A stretch of 64,000 nt of DNA from positions 2,144,001-2,208,000 of the forward strand of contig CM000152.2 of the NCBI GenBank assembly GCA_000004695.1, written 5' to 3'. Below, one piece after another: positions 11,142 to 21,924 of the stretch. This DNA comes from Dictyostelium discoideum. Taxonomy: Eukaryota. The notes beneath the pieces were generated by a model that was not told the origin of the DNA, ran no database searches, and saw only the letters and a list, made by a program, of their open reading frames with translations. The position numbers and the translations under genes were made by a program. The stretch's first letter is position 1; the number at the start of each line of letters is the position of its first letter.

Positions 11142-12392
11142 TTATGAGATGATATCGATCTCCTCTTGGGAGTCGTATAGCTGCGGTTTGGATGGTGAAG
11201 GGTAGATACTCTCTATGAAGCTCTCAATGATTCCTTTCCTTTCTTTTTTGACAGGTGTCTTATGGGTGGATGGGATGTAAGGGTTGCTTCTGTTTATTGT
11301 TGGTGAGAGTTGGTTGACTTCATTGTTTGAGTGGATTTCCTCGTTCTTGCGTTTATGTGATGGAGGGATGTTTAGTGTCTTCTCTCTGTTTTCCGAGGAT
11401 GAATGGATGTTAGTGCTCGTTTTGTTGGCATTGTCTTTTTGGATGGCGTTGGATGTTGTGGTAGTGGTTGTGGTGGGTTTGACAGATTGAGATTCTGCTG
11501 GGTTTTTGGGGGGAAGAGGTAGAGATGACTTTTTTGCTTGGGCTTTTTTCTCTTGGGTTGATTGTTTATCAGACTGATTGTTTGCTGGGTTGTTTGTTTG
11601 TTGTTGTGGTTTTGGTTGAGAGGATTTGATTGCTATCCTGTTTTGGGTGTTAGGAGGATCTGTCATCTCATCTTCTGATGGTTCCTCCGTGTTGTTTGTC
11701 TCTACTTTCTTGTTTTTCTTTTGGGAGGAGTAGGTTTTGGTGGCCGTTCTGATGGTAAAGTTTGCGATTTCTGTAATGTGTTGGCCAGATTTCATTTGAT
11801 CGCCTATTTGGCATTCTATTAGACCGAATACTATGAGGTGGTCGGTGGAGTATGGAGTATTGTATATTGCATAGGGTATTTCTTCTGCAAAGGCAGTTTT
11901 GATGAGGGCGTCCACTATTCCTGCCTTTTCTCTGGGAATTCTTACTCTTCCTGTGAGGACGTGGAAGTCTCTACTGGAGGTGATGAAGGTTCCCAATTTG
12001 CTTCTATCTCTAATGATATTTAGGAGAGATTGTTCGTTTTTAATCATCAGGTGGATCGTTTTTCTAGTTCCTTTGCCTATGTATATCTTGTCGATTGGGA
12101 TATCGTAGTTTGAGAGTGTTTTTCTCATTTCTTCTAACCCCTTGAGATCCATTTTGGGGAATTCGAGTGTAATTGGGTAGAATCCGTTGTTCTTCTCGTA
12201 GGTTGAGAGCGCAGTCATGTTCAATATGGTCTCGCAGTATTTGGAGATGTCTTTGAGGCCTATTGATAGTTTGGGGTAGGTCTCCTTTATCTCTGCTGTT
12301 TTTGTGGAGAATTCCTTAATGAAGTTCTCCGATGCCTCGTCCATATGGGTGGAGGGTTTGGCCATTTTAGCCGCGTCTGCGTAGGAATTCAT
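11142..12392 (-). CDS. Retrotransposon ORF1 protein (416 aa)
   Basis: Intact ORF with non-host codon usage. Its C-terminal half is basic, Lys/Pro/Thr-rich. It lies immediately 5' of the APE ORF on the same strand. Confidence 0.5.
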   Translation of the reverse strand: MNSYADAAKMAKPSTHMDEASENFIKEFSTKTAEIKETYPKLSIGLKDISKYCETILNMTALSTYEKNNGFYPITLEFPKMDLKGLEEMRKTLSNYDIPIDKIYIGKGTRKTIHLMIKNEQSLLNIIRDRSKLGTFITSSRDFHVLTGRVRIPREKAGIVDALIKTAFAEEIPYAIYNTPYSTDHLIVFGLIECQIGDQMKSGQHITEIANFTIRTATKTYSSQKKNKKVETNNTEEPSEDEMTDPPNTQNRIAIKSSQPKPQQQTNNPANNQSDKQSTQEKKAQAKKSSLPLPPKNPAESQSVKPTTTTTTTSNAIQKDNANKTSTNIHSSSENREKTLNIPPSHKRKNEEIHSNNEVNQLSPTINRSNPYIPSTHKTPVKKERKGIIESFIESIYPSPSKPQLYDSQEEIDIIS

Positions 12393-12611
12393 CTCGATGA
12401 GATTCCTTTGAATCGGCGATTTGGTAAGTTAGATCTGTAGATCGTGGTGGATTGGTGATTTTTTTTTGAAAGATTGTTTAAAATTGACCGAGATTAAGGA
12501 TAGAAAAGGATGAATTACTTTTCACGTGTATCTTGTATCCTCTTGATCGCGGTACGAAAATTCCTAATTTTTTCTTACAATTTCAACCAATTTTAAACTG
12601 TCACCCTAAGT

Positions 12612-12624
12612 GGGATTCGAACCC
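12612..12624 (-). promoter_or_regulatory. External B box (ex-B, TFIIIC-binding B-box copy) downstream of tRNA-Glu
   Basis: On the minus strand it reads AAGGGTTCGAATCCCAC, a near-perfect B-box consensus GGTTCGAATCC. It lies about 30-40 bp 3' of the tRNA with no matching A box or cloverleaf around it. That arrangement is known for Dictyostelium tRNA genes. Confidence 0.45.
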
Positions 12625-12653
12625 TTAATCTAATTTTGGTCGGAATAAAAACC

Positions 12654-12725
12654 CTCCCCATTCGGGAATCGAACCCGAGGTACCAGTGTGAAAGACTAGA
12701 GTGTTACCGACTACACCAATGAGGA
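12654..12725 (-). tRNA. tRNA-Glu (anticodon UUC)
   Basis: The minus strand reads TCCTCAT TG GTGT AGTCGGTAA CAC T CTAGT CTTTCAC ACTGG TACC TCGGG TTCGATT CCCGA ATGGGGA G. It has a 7-bp acceptor stem with one G-U pair, D and anticodon stems, anticodon loop C-U-UUC-A-C, and a T-loop TTCGATT. Confidence 0.8.
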
Positions 12726-13077
12726 ATTGGATGAAATTTCAATTTTTTTAGTAAAAAATATTTATAAAAAAAAAATTTATATGGAAAATAAAATACCATT
12801 AAAACAAAAACCACAAAAAACAACAAAGCCAACAAAAAAATAAACAACAAAAACCAACAACATCCTAAGGCTGTTTAAAAACTAGGCCCTCTATTAACAA
12901 AACCATAAATAAAATGACAACAAGTAGAATCAACAAACAATTGCATTAACCAATTCAAAAAAAAAAAATTCCAAAAATAAAATATTTCAAAATTACAATT
13001 ACAATTTTAAAATATACTAATTTGATAAAATATTTTATTTAAAAATAAAATCTATTAAATTTATGGTTTTAGGAAAA

Positions 13078-14745
13078 TTAATAATGAATGAATGATAATG
13101 CAATACCAATGAAGAACAATGAAATAAAATTAAAAGACTTTAAATAAGAGGAATCACTAGTTGAACCATCAGTAGTACTTGAAGAAGAAACAGTAAATGG
13201 TTGTTTACCAGTAGTTGAACCTCCAGTAGCAGAGCCACCGGTTGTACTTGATTGAGAGGATGATGTAGGGAATGATGTTGTACCAGTACTGGTACCATCA
13301 GCATTACCACAAAAGTTTGGAATATTACATTTGTTACAAGTGACTGATATTTGAGAAGTTGTACCCATAAAACTAATACCACTAATATTAACAAAACTTG
13401 ATGAACAAGATATTGCTGGTGGACCACTCATTAAACCAATGGTATTATTTGTAATGAAAACATTTGAACCTTGAGTATTAACCAAATATCCATCACATTG
13501 AGTACTTGAATTCAATGATGATATAGTAGATGTTTGGATGGTTAAAGTTGAATTAACAATATAAACTAAACCACCACTATTAAAAGCAGAATTTGATTGG
13601 ATAAACTTTGAATTACTAAAATTCAATGGAGTATTAATTGAATAAACTACACCACCACTATTTGATGCATAACTTCCACTAAAACTACAATTATTAATAT
13701 TACTAAGTGTTGGTTGGAATTGTCCAATATTTGATGCATATATTGAGCCACCATTTTTGGAATAACAATAGTTAAATTGACAATTTTGAAAACTAAAATA
13801 ATTACTATCAGTTGTAGTTAATGATGTCAATATACTTCCAGATACTGATGATTCACAATTTGAGAAACCTGTACCATATGATTTAAATGTTGTATCTTGA
13901 ATTTTAAATACACCATATTGAGTTGCAACAGATCCAAAATTACTATATGAAAGAGTAATGAAACTATTAATTGATGATATAAAACTTTGAGCCGATATAT
14001 TGGAAGTTGTTAAACCTTGTAAAGTGATTGTAGTTGCCGATATAGAAATTACTGGGAAACTATTATTAATTCCACTAGATCCTGTGAAATATGAATTTGT
14101 AATTGATATACTAGCTGGATAAGTTTTAGTTACATTTGACCAAACATTAATCAATGACACATTTTGAATATTTGTTGAGAAATTACTAAAATTACAACCC
14201 TCAAATTCAATACTTGCAACTGATAAGTTTACAATTACATTAATGATTGGTGATGTACAATCTTGGAATGTAATATCATAAATTGATACACCAGTTGTAA
14301 TACCATTACCACTACCAACAACAACATTATTAATACTTTCATCTACATTAATCAATGGTAAATTATTTTTATTTCCACCTTTAACAATTACATTGGTTGA
14401 ACCTTGAGTAAATGATGCAATTCCAATGGTTTTACCAAATACTTGAATACTATTATTTGAGAAATCATAAATACCATCAACTAATAAAAATCCAACTTGA
14501 CTTACATCTCCAGAAAGTGTATTTGCATAATTTAATGCATCAGCCATATTATTACATGAAAATGAAATATTACCTCCACATTCTCCACCAACTGGATAAA
14601 TATTAAATTTATTTGAATCAACTATTAAATTTAATAAAGAATTATTGGTATCGTAAATATTATCTTTATTTGATTTTACTTTAATGCAAAAACAAAAATT
14701 AATAAATAAAAATGATATTAAAAGAGTATTTATTAATTTATTCAT
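13078..14745 (-). CDS. Secreted or GPI-anchored cell-surface protein with parallel beta-helix (pectate-lyase-like, PbH1) repeats and a Ser/Thr-rich stalk
   Basis: It has an N-terminal signal peptide (MNKLINTLLISFLFINFCFC). Repeated GGSIYA / GGVVYS / GGLVYIVNS motifs are spaced about 22-25 aa apart and are Asn/Ser/Thr-rich. The C-terminal TTGGSATGGSTTG stalk is followed by a hydrophobic tail (FISLFFIGIALSFIHY), consistent with a GPI signal. Single exon. Confidence 0.55.
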   Translation of the reverse strand: MNKLINTLLISFLFINFCFCIKVKSNKDNIYDTNNSLLNLIVDSNKFNIYPVGGECGGNISFSCNNMADALNYANTLSGDVSQVGFLLVDGIYDFSNNSIQVFGKTIGIASFTQGSTNVIVKGGNKNNLPLINVDESINNVVVGSGNGITTGVSIYDITFQDCTSPIINVIVNLSVASIEFEGCNFSNFSTNIQNVSLINVWSNVTKTYPASISITNSYFTGSSGINNSFPVISISATTITLQGLTTSNISAQSFISSINSFITLSYSNFGSVATQYGVFKIQDTTFKSYGTGFSNCESSVSGSILTSLTTTDSNYFSFQNCQFNYCYSKNGGSIYASNIGQFQPTLSNINNCSFSGSYASNSGGVVYSINTPLNFSNSKFIQSNSAFNSGGLVYIVNSTLTIQTSTISSLNSSTQCDGYLVNTQGSNVFITNNTIGLMSGPPAISCSSSFVNISGISFMGTTSQISVTCNKCNIPNFCGNADGTSTGTTSFPTSSSQSSTTGGSATGGSTTGKQPFTVSSSSTTDGSTSDSSYLKSFNFISLFFIGIALSFIHY

Positions 14746-15312
14746 TTTTATGTTTAGTAAAAAAAAAAAGTAGGGCGCTTATAGAAAAATAAAAAATCAA
14801 AAAAAAAAAAAGTAGGACATTTATAAAAATAAAAAATCAAAAAAATCAAAAAAAAAAAATATCCTGGTTTGAAAGAATGGGTTTAATATTCTTTGGAATA
14901 TTAAATTATACCAATAACTTATTTTCTAAGTAAAAAAAAAAAAAATTTCTGCTCAGAATATCAACACAGAATACGTTAAAAATGTTAATTTTTGGCTTTT
15001 TTAAACATAAAAATTTTAAAACTTATTTTTACCACATTTAGATTTTTTTTTCTTTAAAAATTAGGATAATTGAACTTTTTACATATTACTTTTTTTTAAT
15101 CAATAATTTACAAACCTTTTATTTGCTAAAAAAAATTTTTCTTTTTTTTTTTTTTACTAAAAATTATCTAACACGAAATTATTATAAGATTATTTTTTTT
15201 TTATTTTTTTTTTTTGCGGGTTGAAATTATTTATTTTGAAATTAAAAATAAATTTCAAAAAAACGAGACTTAAGGTTACGTTTTTTCGTTTTTTTTTTTT
15301 TTTTTTAAATTT

Positions 15313-15359
<47 letters not shown>

Positions 15360-15484
15360 AAAATTTTTGGCTATAAAACAATTTTTTTTTTTTTTTTTAT
15401 AATCACAACACTTTCGTTTTAATAAAAATATTTTATTGGTATGTAATTAAACTGTCAAAAAAAAAAAATTAAAAAAAAAAAATA

Positions 15485-15590
15485 TGCGTATAATATTTTA
15501 GATGATGAATATTTTTGATTCGTGTTTCTGATTACACCCTGATTATAAATGAGCCTTTGGCTCTTGGCTGATTTAAAATATTATACGCGT
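15485..15590 (+). ncRNA. Box C/D snoRNA candidate
   Basis: A terminal inverted repeat atgcgtataatatttta (15484-15500) / taaaatattatacgcgt (15572-15589) brackets a C box AUGAUGA (15502-15508) placed 1 nt after the 5' stem, and a D box CUGA (15568-15571) placed immediately before the 3' stem. Internal D'-like CUGA copies sit at 15528-31 and 15539-42, and a C'-like AUGAG at about 15548. The box-to-box length is about 70 nt. It lies in an intergenic region between two minus-strand genes. Confidence 0.45.
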
Positions 15591-15835
15591 ATAAAAAATA
15601 AATAATAATAATATATTTTTTTAAATAACTTACTAATTATTATTTTATTTTTTTAAAAAACAACAGATTTTCCTGAATTCCTTTTATTGTCCCTTGTTCC
15701 TTTTTTATTATTATTGCTATTACTATGAAAATACTAAATAAAGATAATTTTAATTTAATCAAAAAATTCTATTATGTGTTTTTTATTTTTTTATTTTAAC
15801 ATTTAAAAATTTTTTTTTTCTTTTTTATTTTTTTT

Positions 15836-16539
15836 TTAAAAGTTTCTCTTTACCCAATCACCATGTGCTATAATTGTTTCTCTATTACAATCTTCTCTAT
15901 GGTAAATGTAACAATATGTATGGTCATTTTGAGTTTGGTTACCATCAACAACTCCATCCTTGTTGGCATCACCACCATCTTCATTTAAATGTTTCACCTT
16001 AATGATTGATCTTTTATAAATTTCAGGATACTCTTCAATTATATCAGCCTCTTTCAATTTCTCTTCAAATAATTTTTCAATGTCATTTGTGTCGCTCAAT
16101 AAAGTTTCGTCAATAGTTGCCAAATATCCAACAATACCATTACACTGATTATCATTATATAGGTTCATAAGGGTTTCATCAAATTTCTTAATTGAAGGGT
16201 TACTCTCATCTGAATGGTAATGGTCATTATCACTATATAATAAAGATACTGTAGGAAACTCATCAAAAAATAAAATTCCATCCCTAAAATGTGCTTTTTT
16301 AAATTTTAACCCTTTTACAAAATCTTTTGTCCATGGTGCTTGACTTATTATATATTTATTTTAACAATAATAATAATAATAAATTAAAATTATATTGTTA
16401 GTAAGTAATTAATTAACATATATATAAAATTTTATATTGTTAAATAAAAAACCTCTTACCTATTATCATCAGGTCTTAATGTACCATAAACAAAAAAGCT
16501 TGTTATTTTTACAGTTTTAGTAGTTCCTTTTTTTATCAT
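15836..16539 (-). CDS. AIG2/gamma-glutamylcyclotransferase-like (GGACT family) protein, 2 exons: 16539..16460, 16343..15836
   Basis: Exon 1 MIKKGTTKTVKITSFFVYGTLRPDDN| carries the GGCT-family YGTL motif and ends at donor GTAAGA. A 116-nt intron runs 16344-16459 with acceptor ATAAG. Exon 2 is in frame with the 110-aa track ORF and extends it upstream (SQAPWTKDFVKGLKF...). Total 588 nt. Confidence 0.6.
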
Positions 16540-16564
16540 TTTTTTTTTTTGTTTTTTCTTAAAA

Positions 16565-16610
<46 letters not shown>

Positions 16611-16864
16611 GTTTGTGTGTTTGTATGTTTGAAAATTTTTTATTTTTTTTTTTTTTATTTTTTAACTTTTTTTCCCTCCTCTTTTTTTTTTTTTTTTTAT
16701 TTTATTTTATTTTTTTTTTTTTTATTTTTTTTTTTTTTTACTTTTCATTTTTCATTTTAAACATTACACATAAGTTCAAGTTTAAAAAAAAAAAAAAAAA
16801 GATATAAAAAAAAAAAAAAAAAAAAAAAAAAGAATAACATTCAAAAAAAAAAAAAAAAAAACCG

Positions 16865-18796
16865 ATGAAGAGAAAGGAAGATATTGGGAGAGTTCCAATA
16901 AATAATAATGATCCAATACTTTCTCAATCATTATTAATGAATAATAGTAGTATAATGATGAATAGTAGTAGTATAATGATGAATAATAGTAATTTTGCAT
17001 TTAATAATACAATAAATAATAATAATAGTATGATGATGAATAGGACAATTAATTCATTGGCATCAAGTGTAATTATTCCTTCAAATACAGAAAAAAGGGA
17101 TTACCTTTCAGAAATTATAAAGTTTTTAATATGTCATGAAGAAGGTCATTTCAATAATATTGCAGAATCATTTAATATGAGTACAATGTTAAATAAAACT
17201 ATAAATAATAATAATAATAATAATCACAAAAATAGTAACAATAGCGCAGGAAGTACATCAACATCACCAATATTAAATAGTAGTTTATTAAATTTAAATG
17301 TTAGTAATATTGCATTAAACACAACATGTACTACAAATATATCACCAACTTTATCTTCACCAACTACATCGACAACTACATCAACACCATCAACAACTGC
17401 ATCAACAGCTACATCATCATCATCATCATCATTAAAAGGAAAAACCAATAAAATATTCGACTCATTTAGTTTTTCAATTGGTGAAAAGTTATGGTTAATA
17501 CATGTTATCGATTCAATTCATAATAATTTAAATGGTATTGTTGAACCACATGGTGATATATATAAAGTTATTTATAATTTAATTAGATTTATATTAGATA
17601 ATGATACATTTTTAAATAATGGCAGGAAAAATTCAAGTAATACTAATAAAAATGTTGATCAACAACAACAACAACAACAACAACAACAAAATAAAAGAAT
17701 TAAATACAGTAATAGTAATAATCAATTTGAAAGATTACCAGTTACATCTAGTATACAATCAATTCAAGATGTATTAAGTAGAGATAGAAATCAAACATCT
17801 AAATCATCTTTAAAGGATCAAGATAATCAAATTTTAAGAATTTTAATTGGAAAGGTTGGTTCAATTCAATCTAATAATGCAAATACAAGTCACATACTTA
17901 CATTACAAGATTCAACGGGTGAAATTGTTATTGAAATTTGTGAAACTAAATTTTATTTATTGGATACCATTGTATTCATACCATTTTTTAATGTTATTTG
18001 TCCATCAAATTTTAGTAATACTTATGGTAGCAGTGGTAGTGGTGGTGGCAGTGGTAATAGTTTAATAAGTAGAGCATCTATTAACAATAGTATGTTAATG
18101 TCAACATCAATAAGATCATCATTAGGAAATTATAGTATAATATCAGGTATTGGTAATACAAGAATCGATCTATCGAAATTGAATTACCTTGAAATTGAAA
18201 TCATTTATATCATTCATAGATATAGTGATCATTATTATGAACAAATGATCAACTATTTCAAAGAGTCATTAGAGAGACAAAATCAAAAAGTACCATCTTA
18301 TGAACTCTCTTCATCACGTAATCAAAGATTAGAAAATTTCATCATTGATCAATATTCACCATTCACTCCAATTACGAAATTGAATCAATTGGATAATCCT
18401 CAAATTGAATCAATTAATATCTATGGCATCATTTTATCAAAATCTGCAATTTTACATACTAGACCATCAATGAAAGAATCTCAAAAAGATACTATGTTTT
18501 TCGTTAGAATCAAAGATATTGGTGGTATTAGTAGTGGTGGTAGTGGTGGTAGTGGTAGTGGTAATAAAGAAGAATCATCAATGGGTAATTGTGAAATATT
18601 TTTAATATTTTTTGAAGAAAGTTTAAGATGGTTTCATTTATTATCAGTTGGTAGTAAATTTATATTTACAGATGTAATGTGTCAAAATTCATTATCGAAT
18701 TCTGAATCAAAAAAGAATATAATTATAATTAAACCAACAACAAATATTTATAGTATATTGGATGAATCATTCAATCATTTAGAGAAGATCACTTAC

Positions 18797-18856
<60 letters not shown>

Positions 18857-21012
18857 CCAATTAATTGTTCATCAAGAGTTTTAGATTATAATAGTGAAAT
18901 CATTAAAGAATTAAATTACAATTCTTGCTCAACAATCTATGGTAATGGTTCAATCAATTGTATAGTTACAATCACTGAGGAGATGAATACGAAATTGGGA
19001 ACTATTGGAATCGATGCAAATAAGGGTAAATTATTCATTTCACATTATCGTTCTCATTTATTCCATGGTAGAGGTTTAAGAGTTGGTACAAAGATTGCAT
19101 TATTCGATGTTCATCCAATCTATAACCCCAATGGTAATGGTAAATTAATTGGTTTAGGAATGTGTACTTCAAGTAGTTTTAAATTTTTAAAATTTGATAC
19201 AACTTCTTTATTAACTCATATTCCATTCTCAAAAGATACTTTAATTGATACATCATCTATAAATAATAATAATAATAATAATAATAATAGTAATAATAAT
19301 AATAATAATAAAAATAATAATAGTAATAATAATTATATTAATGGAGAACAACCTTCATTTAGTGAACTTTGGAGAAAATATTCAATTGTAAATTCATATA
19401 TTTTATCAATTTTACTATTAAAACTTGAAAGAAAATTTCCAAACGTTTTTCAATCATTTGAATCATTTAAATTTAATTTCTCTGGTAAACCACTTTATGA
19501 ACATATAGCAAAATTATTTAATATTCCAAAAATGATTGATGATGGTTTTAGTGGTTATGATAATATTTTATGTCATAATATTAAATGTTCATTAAATTAT
19601 AATAATAATAATAATAATAGTGATAACAAGGGATTAAACTCAACACCAATTTTACCGACATTAATAAAACTATCACAATTATCAAATTTAAAATCAGATA
19701 GATACTCAAGTAAATTTGATTACTCTAAAAAGTATTCATTAATTGGTCAATTGGAATTAAGTCCACAAGGTTTTGAATGGGGTAAAATTTCATTAACAGA
19801 CTCAAATTCAACAGTGGATTGTTTTATTACAGATGTAAATGAATATCATTTAAATAAAATTTGGAAAATTAATAGTTTTCAAGTGAACTTTGAAGAATAT
19901 CAAGAAACATCACAAGATAAAATTAAAACTATAAATTATTTACAATTTTCAATGAAAGATTGTGAATTATTATCACCAATAATTAATAATTTTAATAATT
20001 CAAATTTACCATTTCAAAATTTATTTAATCAATCTCAAATTAATATAATTCAATATTTTAAAAATAATAATAATAATAGTAATAATAATGCAACAACTCA
20101 ACAAACCATATCTACAACTACACATAACATATTTATATTATTGTTAGAGAAAATCGTTGAGTTAGGATTAATTACTTTAAATGCAATACTATTAATACCA
20201 TCATTACCAAAGATTAGTATTCATACTACTTCATCTTTAAAAGTTAATTTCCCAATTTTACAAGTTGGTCATTGTTATTATCTTAGTGGTGTATCATTTA
20301 AACCTTCAACAAATGATAATAGTAATAATAACAGCAATGAAAATGATACTCCAATATGTTCATCTTCTTTATCTAAACCGATTAAAGATTATGATTTTAT
20401 TTTAACAACAAATTGTATGTATTGATTATTATTATTATTTATTATTTATTATTTATTATTTTTTTGAAAACAAATTTACTAATTAATAATTTCATTAAAG
20501 CAATTTTAAAAAGTATTGCATTAGTTCATTATGTTGAAGAGAATAAATTAATTTTATTCCCAACAGTTTTGAAAGCTAAAACAGTTAATCATTTAGGTAT
20601 ACCATTAGTAACAATAAGTGATAAAAGCTATTTTAAGAATATTTCAAAGATTGATACCACTGGTAAATTCATTCAAACCAAATCTATCGAGCAAATTCAT
20701 CAAGGTCAAGGTGTTGATCAATGCGATTTCGTTTCATTTAGAGGTTTAATAGTTTCAAAAAGAATTGAAAAATTACAAAATACAATTATATTATCTTCAA
20801 CATTACCAAAAGATAAAACAACCACAACAACCACCACCACCACACCAAATGTTAAAATTAATGAAACTATAGTTTTACATTTAACATGTACTGATCCGAA
20901 TAGTCCTGGTAAACATTTAATTCCAATTTCAATTGAAAACTTTTATTGTGGTTTAACAGTTGGCTCTGTTATTGACTTTTATTTTTTACAATGTAAATCA
21001 GTTTGGTCTTTA

Positions 21013-21062
<50 letters not shown>

Positions 21063-21503
21063 AAATCCTGAGAAATCAAAAATATTATGTCATTCAAATA
21101 GATTTTTTTATTATAAAATTGTTGATCAAGAAATGGATATAAATTTATTCGATTTTATTGATAACTCAAACTTATCAAATATTAATAAAAGTTCATTGGA
21201 TCAATATTATAGAGTTTTGGCAGATATCGTATCAATAGTGAAATTGGATTTATCTTACAAGTGCAATAAATGTAATCAAATCATTAAAAATTCATATTCA
21301 TCATCATTAGTCTCAACTGGTAATGTGTGTAGTTGTAAAAATCCTCAAGATTTCATTTTTAATGGTTCTTTAGAATGTGAATTATCTGATGGTACTACCT
21401 TAAAAAAATTATTAATTAAAAGAGAACCAATAATTTCAACAATTTTAGGATTATCTTTAGAGTATGTATTTTAATATATTAATTTTAAAATATATATATA
21501 ATA

Positions 21504-21557
<54 letters not shown>

Positions 21558-21924
21558 GATGAATAATATAAAACTATATTCAATTCAAACAAAACTATCA
21601 TTTATTTGGGAAAGGAAATATATATATTTGAATAAAAAGAATACAGTTGAAAAAGACAATGAGGACGACGAAGGGGAGGAAGATGACAATTTAAGTTCAT
21701 CAACAACAACAACAACAACAACAGCGACAAACTCTCAAATTATTACCAATACATCATTTTCAAATCAATTCCCGGTTTTAAAGGATATTTTCAAACAAGT
21801 TCCACATTCCTATAATATTATAGTAAAGAAAATTGATATAGATGGTAATTTATTAATGTGTTGTCAAGTTGACTATGTGGAAAGTACTGAACAATCTTGG
21901 AAACTTTTAAATTCTTTAAAATGA
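16865..21924 (+). CDS. Large (about 1626 aa) low-complexity protein with several OB-fold-like segments and a C-terminal C-x2-C...C-x-C cluster; 3 exons: 16865..20414, 20501..21461, 21555..21924
   Basis: Donor GTATGT at 20415 with an 86-nt intron, and donor GTATGT at 21462 with a 93-nt poly-T intron. Both joins preserve the frame and link three track ORFs: ...TTNC|S|ILKSIALVHYVEENK and ...GLSL|E|MMNNIKLY. OB-like patterns include LRILIGKVGSIQS...HILTLQDSTGEIVIEICE and GFEWGKISLTDSNSTVDCFITD. The Cys cluster is CNKCNQII...CSCKNP. Confidence 0.5.

Larger units (their letters stand above)
9830..12570 (-). mobile_element. Non-LTR (LINE-like, tRNA-targeted TRE-type) retrotransposon remnant carrying ORF1 and the APE-endonuclease part of ORF2; the RT region is missing
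   Basis: It is GC-richer than the host. The minus-strand ORF1 (416 aa) is followed by an ORF with an endonuclease/exonuclease/phosphatase signature (IIAGDFNC ... RIDRIYL ... SDHNFL). The element's 5' end lies about 90-100 bp downstream (3' side) of the tRNA-Glu and about 45 bp beyond its ex-B box. This is the position characteristic of Dictyostelium TRE3-class elements. An oligo(A) tract is on the minus strand at about 9966-9990. Confidence 0.6.

Noticed and set aside
10463-12108. Plus-strand ORFs 10463-10669, 10670-11152, 11284-11490, 11838-12023, 11899-12108
   Set aside because: They are antisense to the retrotransposon ORF1 and APE ORFs and have no homology. They are a by-product of GC-richer element sequence.
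12601-12640. Second tRNA gene suggested by GGTTCGAATCCC downstream of tRNA-Glu
   Set aside because: Only a T-arm/B-box-like segment is present. There is no acceptor or D-arm partner, so it is interpreted as an ex-B box rather than a tRNA or pseudogene.
13140-13427. ORF 13140-13427(-), 95 aa
   Set aside because: An internal alternate frame of the beta-helix surface-protein gene.
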